From a virus, in IMG/VR virus record IMGVR_UViG_3300008116_000018: DNA of 64,000 nucleotides, one strand, 5' to 3'. The notes under the pieces were generated by a model. The model was given only the letters and a program-made list of their open reading frames with translations. It had not been told where the DNA came from and did not search any database. Below, in pieces: positions 9,468 through 17,651 of the stretch. How positions within the stretch are numbered: position 1 is the first letter of the stretch; the number at the start of each line of letters is the position of its first letter. The translations under genes were made by a program, and so were the position numbers.

Positions 9468-9797
9468 TCATGCTATTTTCCAATCCATTTCATCACGAAT
9501 TTCTACCGATTCAGAACCATCATATTCGTGAATGCGAAAAGCAGTACCAACAGGCAACCATTCGATTGTCAAATCGTCTGCACCACCACAGTATGTGTGT
9601 GGATGAATAGCAGTAACGTATGTTTCAATTTCTTCTGCCAATGCACCACGTTCAACCATCTCAACTAATGTTGGATCAAACAACATAAAGTCACGATTAT
9701 CTTCTTCACCACTATATGCCCATGTTGACCAACCAGCACCAAATCCTGGAGATACTAGTACTGCAACTTTCCCATCACGAATAACTTTGTTCATCAA
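9468..9797 (-). CDS. conserved phage protein
   Basis: VAVLVSPGFGAGWSTW...IHEYDGSESV motif. Confidence 0.75.
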   Translation of the reverse strand: MMNKVIRDGKVAVLVSPGFGAGWSTWAYSGEEDNRDFMLFDPTLVEMVERGALAEEIETYVTAIHPHTYCGGADDLTIEWLPVGTAFRIHEYDGSESVEIRDEMDWKIA

Positions 9798-10405
9798 TTC
9801 ACCTTGATTGCATTCAATTCATTAATTTTTTGTGTTTCGATCTTATCTGTTTCTTTATCTAACTCACGGAAAGATTTAGATGCACGTAGTTGTGCGTAGA
9901 GTGCGGCGTTACGTTGAATTTCAGCAAGCATGATCTTGTTTGATTCGTCAGCAGAGAAACGCAAACGAACGAATGTGCGAAAGCCAGAACCTTCTTTGAC
10001 TACCATAAAGTTTTGACGTTGCACACCAACTAGATTTACTTTAGCGACAATCAATCGTGTGGTACGTTCAATGTCAGCATTAGCAACACCTCTACCAAGC
10101 ACACCAGACTCAACTGCAAAGTCTTTCATCATAGCACTAGTGTATGAAGAATAGTTAGATGCAAGTTCACGTTTAGCAGATAGCATTGCTTTGTCTACAG
10201 AGAATTGAAAATCGTTTGAGTATTCAGTACCAACACCATAGATAGCAGAATCATCTTTCTTTGGTGCATCAGCATACCACTTAGGATAGTCTACTTCGTT
10301 ACTAAACATTTTCGTTTCACTCACACTCGGACCAGTTTTGATGGAACTACATGCACTTAATGAAAGTACAACTGGCAATACGATATAACACAATAGTTTA
10401 TCCAT
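9794..10405 (-). CDS. LPP20-like lipoprotein
   Basis: lipobox LSAC; P-x-WY...IYGVG...KAMLSAKRELA. Confidence 0.75.
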   Translation of the reverse strand: MDKLLCYIVLPVVLSLSACSSIKTGPSVSETKMFSNEVDYPKWYADAPKKDDSAIYGVGTEYSNDFQFSVDKAMLSAKRELASNYSSYTSAMMKDFAVESGVLGRGVANADIERTTRLIVAKVNLVGVQRQNFMVVKEGSGFRTFVRLRFSADESNKIMLAEIQRNAALYAQLRASKSFRELDKETDKIETQKINELNAIKVN

Positions 10406-10408
10406 AAT

Positions 10409-10537
10409 TTATTTTCCCACGTTCTTAATGTATTGACCTGCTTGATTCAAGTCTTGTCCAGCACCTTGCAGAGTGCCACCCACAGTACCACAGCCAGTTA
10501 AGACTACCAGTACACCCATAATAAAAAGAGACTTCAT
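10409..10537 (-). CDS. entericidin EcnA/B-like lipoprotein (42 aa, not in ORF track)
   Basis: MKSLFIMGVLVVLTGCGTVGGTLQGAGQDLNQAGQYIKNVGK: lipobox LTGC plus GAGQD motif. Confidence 0.75.
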   Translation of the reverse strand: MKSLFIMGVLVVLTGCGTVGGTLQGAGQDLNQAGQYIKNVGK

Positions 10538-10541
10538 TTCA

Positions 10542-11264
10542 CTACCTTTCAATGCTCACATGATGATTAATAACTTTTCTGCTAGAGAACGGAATGTCCT
10601 TTATCAGCGATTCAAACTCCATTGTACTATACCGACTCTTAAAAGTCAAATTCTTATCGGTAAACAAAAACACAAGCAACTCATTAGAATGACTTTTGCC
10701 ATTTAGTAATTCTGCCTGCATCTTGTATCGCTCAGATGGAATTTGAACCTCTTTGTTAATCTCCAGCACTTTGTCAGTATAGACTAGTTGATACTGTTTG
10801 TCAACTAGATTGAAAACGCCAACGGTACCGGTAATCCCAGAGACTGCACGGAAAACAAATCGTTCACCTTGCTTGAAGTTATTCTTGCCTTCAACGTGAA
10901 ATTTTATTGTATTGGTAATCTTCTCTACATCGGCTACAATATCAACTTCACACACTTGCCGATTTCTGTCAGGATAAACTTGTTTGTCTTTCTTGATGAT
11001 TGTTTTAATCTCACCACTCACTTCGGTGTAAAGAGTAGAAAGCATAGTACACTTCTCATCTTTACAATTTTCGTTTTGTGCAGATTCAATCAATTCACCA
11101 ACAAAATTTGCAATTGCATTTTGCTTTGCTTTTTCTTCAGCAAGTCTACACGCAACATTCTCAGCAGTATCAGGACCGAATGAATATTCACCAGTACCCG
11201 ACACACGTTCAGCATGTGCAAGACTACTCACACAAAGCAAAGTCATAATAAAGAGTTTACGCAA
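10542..11264 (-). CDS. secreted/periplasmic protein (FlgT-N-like start)
   Basis: signal peptide ending AHA; A-x-x-x-A-x-x-x-A-x-x-NA helix. Confidence 0.55.
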   Translation of the reverse strand: MRKLFIMTLLCVSSLAHAERVSGTGEYSFGPDTAENVACRLAEEKAKQNAIANFVGELIESAQNENCKDEKCTMLSTLYTEVSGEIKTIIKKDKQVYPDRNRQVCEVDIVADVEKITNTIKFHVEGKNNFKQGERFVFRAVSGITGTVGVFNLVDKQYQLVYTDKVLEINKEVQIPSERYKMQAELLNGKSHSNELLVFLFTDKNLTFKSRYSTMEFESLIKDIPFSSRKVINHHVSIER

Positions 11265-11727
11265 CTTTCAATCCTTTCAGTCTGTCTGCCGCATATGATG
11301 CCGCAAACGCATTTGGTTTAACCATAGGCACAACATTACATGTGCCTTTGATGTACCCAATTGCTTCGTTAATAACACAAGAACTACCATGCATTTCGTT
11401 TGGATTAATATCCAAATGAACTTCAACATCTCGCCCCTCCAATACATCTGCAAGTTTAATATACAACTCAGAAAGTTTATACACTTCACTCATCAGACGA
11501 TACCTTGGACGATTCACTTTTTGGTCGTAGTCACGTTCACGTTGTACTTCACCAAACAATTTGCATCCATTATTTCCATTAATGTGAACTACGATAGCAA
11601 GAACATAGTCTGCGTACCACAATTCATTTACTCTCATTCTTTCAGAATCACAACCAATATAGATTTTAGTCTCCGGTGTTTGTGCTTCTATGAATTGCCT
11701 CACCTCTTCTAAATCTAATCTACGCAC
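11257..11727 (-). CDS. RNase H-like YkuK family protein (GTG start)
   Basis: YIGCDS, EVHLDIN, KPNAFAASYAADR; AAGGAG SD before GTG at 11727. Confidence 0.85.
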   Translation of the reverse strand: MRRLDLEEVRQFIEAQTPETKIYIGCDSERMRVNELWYADYVLAIVVHINGNNGCKLFGEVQRERDYDQKVNRPRYRLMSEVYKLSELYIKLADVLEGRDVEVHLDINPNEMHGSSCVINEAIGYIKGTCNVVPMVKPNAFAASYAADRLKGLKVA

Positions 11728-11750
11728 AGCGTACTCCTTAATAAAAACAA

Positions 11751-11825
11751 TGGTGGGCTGACTAGGAATTGAACCTAGACTCAATGAATTATGAGTTCAC
11801 TGCTTTACCATTAAGCTATCAGCCC
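11751..11825 (-). tRNA. tRNA-Ile2/Met(CAT)
   Basis: cloverleaf, loop CTCATAA, encoded CCA; overlaps the last 15 nt of hldD. Confidence 0.9.
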
Positions 11826-12584
11826 GTTTACTTTACTCATGTCTGCACGTGTATATTCTTGATAACTGTTTTTCAAATTATCTGGCATTGGAATTTCTAC
11901 AATATCAGCTTTATGCTTATCTGCAATTTCCTCAGCAACATCTAAAAAACTTTTTGTCTCACCTGTTCCAATGTTAAAAACACCAGACTCTTTACAATCT
12001 AAGAACTTCAAATGATATTGTATCACACTTTCTACAGGAATGAAATCCCTGAAATATTTGTCACTACCATGGAAGACTTTAATCTTGCCAGTTTCTTTAG
12101 CTTGTTTGGCAAACTGAGTTTGTGGACTTGCTTGATTGCCCTTATGCTCTTCACCAGAACCATACACATTAAAGTATCTAAAACCTTGTACAATTGATCC
12201 GCATGGATGTTTACGCACATGACGTTCAAACAAATACTTCGACCATGCATATGGTGTTCTTGGGTCTAATGGCGACTCTTCGGTAAACTCTTGATTCAAA
12301 CCATATACACTCGCTGAACTTGAGTATTGAAAATTAACACCAAACATCTTACATGCATCATACAGTTGAATGCTGAAATCTAAATTTTGTGTTAAAACTT
12401 TTTCAATGTCTTTCTCTGTTGTTGCACTGATTGCGCCAATGTGAATAACCCAATCTTGTTCCATAACACTTGGTAATTGTTTATCGCCCCATTCATACGT
12501 ATCAACAGAATGTCCTGCATTCTCTAATGCAGTAAGCATATGACTACCGATGAAACCTTTGTGACCCGTCAGAAGAATTTTCAT
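11811..12584 (-). CDS. hldD: ADP-L-glycero-D-manno-heptose 6-epimerase-like SDR
   Basis: TGHKGFIG, SSASVYG, YAWSK, GFRYFNVYG, RDFI, YQEYTRAD. Confidence 0.85.
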   Translation of the reverse strand: MKILLTGHKGFIGSHMLTALENAGHSVDTYEWGDKQLPSVMEQDWVIHIGAISATTEKDIEKVLTQNLDFSIQLYDACKMFGVNFQYSSSASVYGLNQEFTEESPLDPRTPYAWSKYLFERHVRKHPCGSIVQGFRYFNVYGSGEEHKGNQASPQTQFAKQAKETGKIKVFHGSDKYFRDFIPVESVIQYHLKFLDCKESGVFNIGTGETKSFLDVAEEIADKHKADIVEIPMPDNLKNSYQEYTRADMSKVNGLIA

Positions 12585-12937
12585 TTCTGAGAATCTCCAG
12601 GAAGAACTCTATAATTGTCTTCAACGGAATCTGGAGTAGACACTTCAATGATTGTGCCTTCTTCTAAGCAAATCACTTGATGTGGTTCTAGTGGCTCATT
12701 GCGCCAAACGTCACCCTCATTCAGAATTGTGTTACGCATACTAGCATCTTTAGTCTGAATGTACTTAACTTCAAACTTGCCATTCAAGACATACCATGTT
12801 TCATCTTTGTGTGCATGAAAGTGCATACTGAATTTTGCGCCTGTGTTAAACTTCAACAGCTTACCGCAATACTTATCATTGGTTGCAAAAATGAATTCGT
12901 GCCCCCAACCTTTTTCAACAAAGCCTTCTAATCTCAT
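12581..12937 (-). CDS. cupin sugar-isomerase-like protein
   Basis: KGWGHE, SMHFH...KDETWYV, IIEVSTP...DNYR. Confidence 0.8.
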   Translation of the reverse strand: MRLEGFVEKGWGHEFIFATNDKYCGKLLKFNTGAKFSMHFHAHKDETWYVLNGKFEVKYIQTKDASMRNTILNEGDVWRNEPLEPHQVICLEEGTIIEVSTPDSVEDNYRVLPGDSQK

Positions 12938-13725
12938 TGTATCTCCTTTAGTGTGGGTGCATAATTACCCACATGCTGTACTGTAATTGACGATGCTTTA
13001 TTTGCAAATTTGATTGCATCATCAATGCTATTCGTCACAAGATATTGATAAGCTAATGCGGCTAAGAATGTATCGCCTGCACCACACACATCAAGAACAT
13101 CAACTTTTTTTGTTGGGTAATTTGTATTGACATGTTCACTACGTAGCATTGCGCCATCGGCACCCAATGTTACAATCATATCCCATGCATATGACTCAGC
13201 CGCTTCAAATTCTTTTTCGTTGATTTTAACAAAAGCACCATTGAATGCTTCTAAGTTTCTTTTCTTCGTATCGATAAAAACTGGTCCATTAAAATCGTGA
13301 ATCAGATTTTGGATATGCTCATAAGTTAAAAAGCCTTTGTTGTAATCAGATATAACAACAGCATCATAACCTTCGGTATCTACAATTCCATTCCACGGCT
13401 CTATCTTTGGCTCTTCATCTATTCTGACGATTTGATATCCAGACTTTTCGTCTATGATTCTAGTCTTTGTGATTCTTGGTTCGCCATTGACACCTGCCGC
13501 TTGATTTGAAATTATCGTTGTGTCACAGCCGAGTTTGTACAGATTGCTATGGACATTTCGTGCCATACCAAGTCTGGTTTCTTTTCGTGTTAGTTTGATT
13601 ACGGGAATTGGTGCTTCTGGACTCAATCTGTCGATTGTTCCATATTGATAAACATCTATGCAAGAATCACCGAGTAGCAATATCTTGAATTTTGTTTGTG
13701 GTTGAGTACTGTTCAAGTCTGTCAT
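12934..13725 (-). CDS. hldE: heptose-7-phosphate kinase (HldE domain I, PfkB family)
   Basis: RLSPEAPIPV, SDYNKG, DVCGAGDTF. Confidence 0.88.
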   Translation of the reverse strand: MTDLNSTQPQTKFKILLLGDSCIDVYQYGTIDRLSPEAPIPVIKLTRKETRLGMARNVHSNLYKLGCDTTIISNQAAGVNGEPRITKTRIIDEKSGYQIVRIDEEPKIEPWNGIVDTEGYDAVVISDYNKGFLTYEHIQNLIHDFNGPVFIDTKKRNLEAFNGAFVKINEKEFEAAESYAWDMIVTLGADGAMLRSEHVNTNYPTKKVDVLDVCGAGDTFLAALAYQYLVTNSIDDAIKFANKASSITVQHVGNYAPTLKEIQ

Positions 13726-14068
13726 AAAATTTAATTTCTTTACAGAATTCGGCACCAATGATCGGTGTGTTTCTGTAGTCACTTCCTTTAACCATTATAT
13801 CAGGCTTATAGTCACGAATCAAGTTTATCAATTCTTCATCGGTATCAAACACATCTACTCTATCTACGTATTTAAGTGCGAATAATAATGATGTACGTTC
13901 ATACTCGGTATTGATTGGTCTATCTGCACCTTTTAATTCTTTGATGCGTCTGTCGCTATCAGTAAGCACGTACACGTATGCGCTAGGATAAGATTTTGCA
14001 TACTGCAATAATCGCAAGTGTCCTAGATGTACAATATCAAATGATCCGTTTACTATAATTTTCATCAT
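13667..14068 (-). CDS. heptose-1-phosphate adenylyltransferase (HldE domain II)
   Basis: NGSFDIVHLGH, LKGADRPIN, VKGSDY, YSTT. Confidence 0.88.
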   Translation of the reverse strand: MMKIIVNGSFDIVHLGHLRLLQYAKSYPSAYVYVLTDSDRRIKELKGADRPINTEYERTSLLFALKYVDRVDVFDTDEELINLIRDYKPDIMVKGSDYRNTPIIGAEFCKEIKFYDRLEQYSTTNKIQDIATR

Positions 14069-14079
14069 ACATTTATATA

Positions 14080-14166
14080 TGGTGCGAGTAGCCGGACTCG
14101 AACCGGCACACCTTTTAAAGCGAGAGATTTTAAGTCTCTTGTGTCTACCAATTTCACCATACTCGC
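14080..14166 (-). tRNA. tRNA-Leu(TAA)
   Basis: cloverleaf with long variable arm, CCA. Confidence 0.95.
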
Positions 14167-14170
14167 TAAC

Positions 14171-14245
14171 TGGTCCGGCGTGAGGGAATCGAACCCCCAT
14201 AATGACTTTAGAAGAATCATGTCCTATCCGTTGAACGAACGCCAG
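14171..14245 (-). tRNA. tRNA-Arg(TCT)
   Basis: loop CTTCTAA, CCA. Confidence 0.93.
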
Positions 14246-14264
14246 AATTAATTTCTATACACGT

Positions 14265-14293
14265 AGTATAGTCTACATTTTCTATCTTGTCAA
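14265..14293 (-). promoter_or_regulatory. sigma70 promoter inside tRNA array
   Basis: TTGACA-17-TATACT. Confidence 0.75.
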
Positions 14294-14294
14294 G

Positions 14295-14368
14295 TGGAGC
14301 GGGGTAAGAGAATCGAACTCTCAGCATTAGCTTGGAAGGCTAAGGTATTACCACTATACGAACCCCGC
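14295..14368 (-). tRNA. tRNA-Gly(TCC)
   Basis: loop CTTCCAA, U73, CCA. Confidence 0.95.
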
Positions 14369-14375
14369 ATTTTTT

Positions 14376-14449
14376 TGGCTACCCACCAGGGACTCGAACC
14401 CCGACCAACGGTTTTGGAGACCGTGATGCTGCCATTACACCAGTGAGTA
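14376..14449 (-). tRNA. tRNA-Trp(CCA)
   Basis: loop CTCCAAA, CCA. Confidence 0.93.
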
Positions 14450-14450
14450 A

Positions 14451-14753
14451 TTATTTGTTTAATTGTCTGAACTTAACTTCTTTGGTTTCTTCATTGTACT
14501 TATGAATTGCATCATACTCATCATCATACAATCCTAATTCTTCATTAGCAGTATGTAACTTGTCTAACGCATCTTGGCGTTTCTTATTGAATGCTTCATA
14601 GCCTTCTTTGGTTCCCAATTCATATCCTTTATCGGAATGAATTTCTTCAGCCGATTTGATATTCTTTTTAAAGATGGCATCAAATCGATTTGCGTATTCT
14701 TCCTGACTTACGCTAAATGGACGTGGTGCGCTTCCTTTTCCACCATCACTCAT
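14451..14753 (-). CDS. hypothetical protein
   Basis: MSDGGKGSAPRPFSV N-terminus common in T4-like phages. Confidence 0.7.
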   Translation of the reverse strand: MSDGGKGSAPRPFSVSQEEYANRFDAIFKKNIKSAEEIHSDKGYELGTKEGYEAFNKKRQDALDKLHTANEELGLYDDEYDAIHKYNEETKEVKFRQLNK

Positions 14754-15196
14754 AAAATCACCCTATGATATTCGTAGTTAACTGTATCGTCATTCTCTCT
14801 AAAAACAACTGCACCATTACGCATATGAAAACGTTTAGCCATTTCAGTCTTAGGACTCAGCGTAACGTATCTTTGAATCTCTGGTTTGTTTTCTTTGATG
14901 TGTTTAACAGCATCAAAAATTAATGTGCGACCTGCACCTGGAGCATAACTCCAAATGGTATAAAATATTGCAACAATCGGTTCAGATGAAATCTGAAACA
15001 ATTCAGTTTCTTTTGTTGGAATTTCTGTTTGATAACTTACGCATGTGATTGCTTTCACTTGTTCATTTTCGTCACGTAACACAAAGATATCTTTGTTGTC
15101 ACCAACTCTGTCAACATGTGGAATATGAGGACGCACAGGGTCTTCACTTAACATACTCATTACACTATCAGTAAACGATTTTATTAGATATAACAT
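14750..15196 (-). CDS. GNAT-fold protein resembling the malonyl-CoA decarboxylase catalytic domain
   Basis: AIFYTIW...GAGRTLI...YVTLSP...AKRFHMRNGA parallels MCD motifs AVFYSI/FVTLSP/RFHLGNGA. Confidence 0.6.
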   Translation of the reverse strand: MLYLIKSFTDSVMSMLSEDPVRPHIPHVDRVGDNKDIFVLRDENEQVKAITCVSYQTEIPTKETELFQISSEPIVAIFYTIWSYAPGAGRTLIFDAVKHIKENKPEIQRYVTLSPKTEMAKRFHMRNGAVVFRENDDTVNYEYHRVIL

Positions 15197-15217
15197 TCTA
15201 TACTTTCATTTCTTATA

Positions 15218-15292
15218 TGGTGGAGAATAAGAGATTCGAACTCTTGACTATTGCTTGCAAAGCAATTGCGTTCCCAATTACGCCAATCCCCC
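15218..15292 (-). tRNA. tRNA-Ala(TGC)
   Basis: loop TTTGCAA, G3:U70, CCA. Confidence 0.93.
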
Positions 15293-15303
15293 ATTATTAT
15301 ATT

Positions 15304-15380
<77 letters not shown>

Positions 15381-15390
15381 ATATTTATAC

Positions 15391-15464
15391 TGGTGCCCCA
15401 TGACAGAATCGAACTGCCGTAACCTGATTACAAAACAGGTGTAATGCCATTATACTAATAGGGC
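15391..15464 (-). tRNA. tRNA-Thr(TGT)
   Basis: loop TTTGTAA, CCA. Confidence 0.92.
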
Positions 15465-15470
15465 TAAAAC

Positions 15471-16214
15471 TTAAATTATCTTCTCCATTATATTCTTTGC
15501 TAAGTTATCCACATCGGCTCTTGTTGTGCCTCCGAGAATAACAATAGCATACTGTTCACCATTCTTATGTACGATCATCACAAGACACTTACCAGCCGCA
15601 TTCGTTGTGCCAGTTTTAGATACTTCAATGATATCATATTTGTTCATCAACTTCACGTTAGTGTTATTGACTGGAATGTGTTTCTCTCTATTCTTCTTAT
15701 CTACGACTTTCAAATCGTATCTACTCAATGCAGATATATCACGTATCTTATCATGCCTGTACGCATCTGTCAACATGATAACTAAATCTTTTGCGGTACT
15801 AATGTTCTTTGCACTCAGACCAGATACATCATCAAATTTTGTATCGTACATTTGAAGCATAATTGCACGTTTATTCATTTGATAAACTGTCCACAATTTA
15901 CCACCCATGCTTTCTGCTAATGCTTCTGCGGCTCTGTTGTCACTTTTGACTAACATTAAATTCAACAATTCTTCTCTAGTGAATTTCTTGTGTGAATAGA
16001 ACATTCCTTTATATGGAACTTTCTCATCCAATGAAACTCCACTCTCAAGTAACACCAATGCAGTCATCAGTTTCGTAATGCTTGCTATTGGTCTCATTTT
16101 ATCAATTTCAGCATCAACAATCGGATATTGTTTTGTGATGTTGTATGCGTAAACTGTAATAGCATTAGCACTCAAACAAGTCAATAGGATTAGAGATAAG
16201 ATTATTTTTTTCAT
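15471..16214 (-). CDS. D-alanyl-D-alanine peptidase, family S11 (PBP7-like)
   Basis: signal peptide; ASITKLMT (SxxK), SDN (SxN), KTG. Confidence 0.92.
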   Translation of the reverse strand: MKKIILSLILLTCLSANAITVYAYNITKQYPIVDAEIDKMRPIASITKLMTALVLLESGVSLDEKVPYKGMFYSHKKFTREELLNLMLVKSDNRAAEALAESMGGKLWTVYQMNKRAIMLQMYDTKFDDVSGLSAKNISTAKDLVIMLTDAYRHDKIRDISALSRYDLKVVDKKNREKHIPVNNTNVKLMNKYDIIEVSKTGTTNAAGKCLVMIVHKNGEQYAIVILGGTTRADVDNLAKNIMEKII

Positions 16215-16228
16215 ATTCTTCTTTGTAA

Positions 16229-16307
16229 TGGCTCCGAGTAAGAGGATCGAACTCTTCTAACCAGTGATTAACAGTCACGCCCATGCACCTTGCTCGGGTT
16301 TCTCGGA
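16229..16307 (-). tRNA. tRNA-Asn(GTT), atypical
   Basis: loop CTGTTAA, G73, CCA; A7:A66 mismatch, A8, enlarged D-loop. Confidence 0.8.
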
Positions 16308-16314
16308 ATAAAAT

Positions 16315-16388
16315 TGGAAGCGGGTGTTGGATTCGAACCAACGATGCACCTGGCTTATGAGACCGGTGTGGTGACCGCCCTACCCGCT
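16315..16388 (-). tRNA. atypical tRNA-like RNA with CAT anticodon
   Basis: perfect acceptor and T arms, CCA; reduced D-arm; bulged anticodon stem. Confidence 0.75.
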
Positions 16389-16401
16389 ATATTATATATC
16401 T

Positions 16402-16478
16402 TGGAGTGAGTGACAGGACTCGAACCTGCATAGAACGGATTTGCAATCCGTAGCCTAACCATTCAGCGGCACACTCAC
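16402..16478 (-). tRNA. tRNA-Cys(GCA)
   Basis: loop TTGCAAA, U73, CCA. Confidence 0.92.
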
Positions 16479-16487
16479 ATAAAAACT

Positions 16488-16562
16488 TGGCGATGCGTGG
16501 GAGAATCGAACTCCCGTAAGCGGATAGACAATCCGCAGTAATAACCTCTATACGAACGCACC
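16488..16562 (-). tRNA. tRNA-Asp(GTC)
   Basis: loop TTGTCTA, G73, CCA. Confidence 0.92.
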
Positions 16563-16571
16563 TAAAAAACT

Positions 16572-16656
16572 TGGTGGAGACAGTAAGATTCGAACCTACT
16601 CACCCGAAAGAACAGATTTACAGTCTGCCGCAACTCTCCAACTTTGCCGTATCTCC
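16572..16656 (-). tRNA. tRNA-Tyr(GTA)
   Basis: loop CTGTAAA, long variable arm, CCA. Confidence 0.93.
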
Positions 16657-16671
16657 AAAATACTAAACTCA

Positions 16672-16747
16672 TGGTACACGATAGGGGAATCGAACCCCTC
16701 TTCCCGCCGTGAAAGGGCGGTGTCCTAAACCGATAGACGAATCGTGC
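16672..16747 (-). tRNA. tRNA-Glu(TTC)
   Basis: loop CTTTCAC, CCA. Confidence 0.95.
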
Positions 16748-16770
16748 ATACTTTTTTAATCTATGAATAG

Positions 16771-16799
16771 AGTATAACACTCTAAACATTTTCTGTCAA
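16771..16799 (-). promoter_or_regulatory. sigma70 promoter inside tRNA array
   Basis: TTGACA-17-TATACT with extended -10 TG. Confidence 0.78.
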
Positions 16800-16808
16800 C
16801 AACATTTT

Positions 16809-16896
16809 TGGCAGAGAGTATGAGATTCGAACTCATGCACCGCTTTCGCAATGACAGTTTAGCAAACTGCTGGTTTAACCACTCACCCAACTCTCT
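16809..16896 (-). tRNA. tRNA-Ser(GCT)
   Basis: loop TTGCTAA, long variable arm, G73. Confidence 0.93.
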
Positions 16897-16903
16897 ATAA
16901 TTT

Positions 16904-16993
16904 TGGCGGAAGCGGTGAGATTCGAACTCACGGAACATTTCTGTTCGACAGTTTTCAAGACTGTTGCCATAAACCAGACTCGACCACACTTCC
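16904..16993 (-). tRNA. tRNA-Ser(TGA)
   Basis: loop CTTGAAA, long variable arm. Confidence 0.95.
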
Positions 16994-16999
16994 ATAACT

Positions 17000-17074
17000 T
17001 GGTGCGCCCTGAGAGAATCGAACTCCCACTCGTAGGTTCGTAGCCTACTGTAATATCCATTTTACTAAAGGCGC
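17000..17074 (-). tRNA. tRNA-Arg(ACG)
   Basis: loop CTACGAA, CCA. Confidence 0.95.
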
Positions 17075-17085
17075 ATAAAAACATT

Positions 17086-17162
17086 TGGTGCCCTCTCTCA
17101 GATTCGAACTGAGACTTTACGGCTTCTAAGACCGTCCTCTCTACCAATTGGAGTAAGAGGGC
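17086..17162 (-). tRNA. tRNA-Leu(TAG), short variable loop
   Basis: loop CTTAGAA; 5-nt variable region AAAGT. Confidence 0.9.
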
Positions 17163-17165
17163 ACT

Positions 17166-17239
17166 TGGTTCCCAGAGAAAGAATTGAACTTTCGATAATC
17201 GCTTATCAAGCGACCGTTATACCATTTAACTATCCGGGA
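17166..17239 (-). tRNA. tRNA-Ile(GAT)
   Basis: loop TTGATAA, CCA. Confidence 0.9.
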
Positions 17240-17248
17240 CTATCTTGT

Positions 17249-17323
17249 TGGTACCTTGTGACGGGATTGAACCGCCGACCTTCTCCTTGTAAGGGAGACA
17301 CTCTACCGCTGAGTTAACAAGGC
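17249..17323 (-). tRNA. tRNA-Val(TAC)
   Basis: loop CTTACAA, CCA. Confidence 0.95.
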
Positions 17324-17332
17324 AATTTTCTT

Positions 17333-17408
17333 TGGGGTGACCTATGGGATTTGAACCCATCCTATCGGAATCACAATCCGAGGTGCTGACCGCTAACACT
17401 AAGGTCAC
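17333..17408 (-). tRNA. tRNA-His(GTG)
   Basis: loop TTGTGAT, C73; genomic -1 base is T. Confidence 0.93.
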
Positions 17409-17420
17409 ACCAAAGAAAAC

Positions 17421-17495
17421 TGGTAGGGGCACCGAGAATCGAACTCGGATTTACTGGTTAAAAGCCAGCTACTCTAGCCGTTGAGTTATACCCCC
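17421..17495 (-). tRNA. tRNA-Lys(TTT)
   Basis: loop CTTTTAA, CCA. Confidence 0.94.
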
Positions 17496-17499
17496 AAAT

Positions 17500-17574
17500 T
17501 GGTGGTGACAGTTGGATTTGAACCAACGACCGATTGCGTATGAAGCAATTGCACTACCGCTGTGCTATGTCACC
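17500..17574 (-). tRNA. tRNA-Met(CAT)
   Basis: loop TTCATAC, CCA. Confidence 0.9.
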
Positions 17575-17577
17575 ATT

Positions 17578-17651
17578 TGGCAGGGGATACAAGAATCGAA
17601 CTTGTGCCAACGGAATCAAAATCCGTTGTGCTACCATTACACTAATCCCCA
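17578..17651 (-). tRNA. tRNA-Gln(TTG)
   Basis: loop TTTTGAT, G73, U1:U72 mismatch. Confidence 0.93.

Noticed and set aside
11728-14200. N-terminal extensions of ORFs 11257-11784, 12934-13782 and 13667-14200
   Set aside because: The extensions run through tRNA genes or neighbouring CDSs; better starts exist at 11727, 13725 and 14068.
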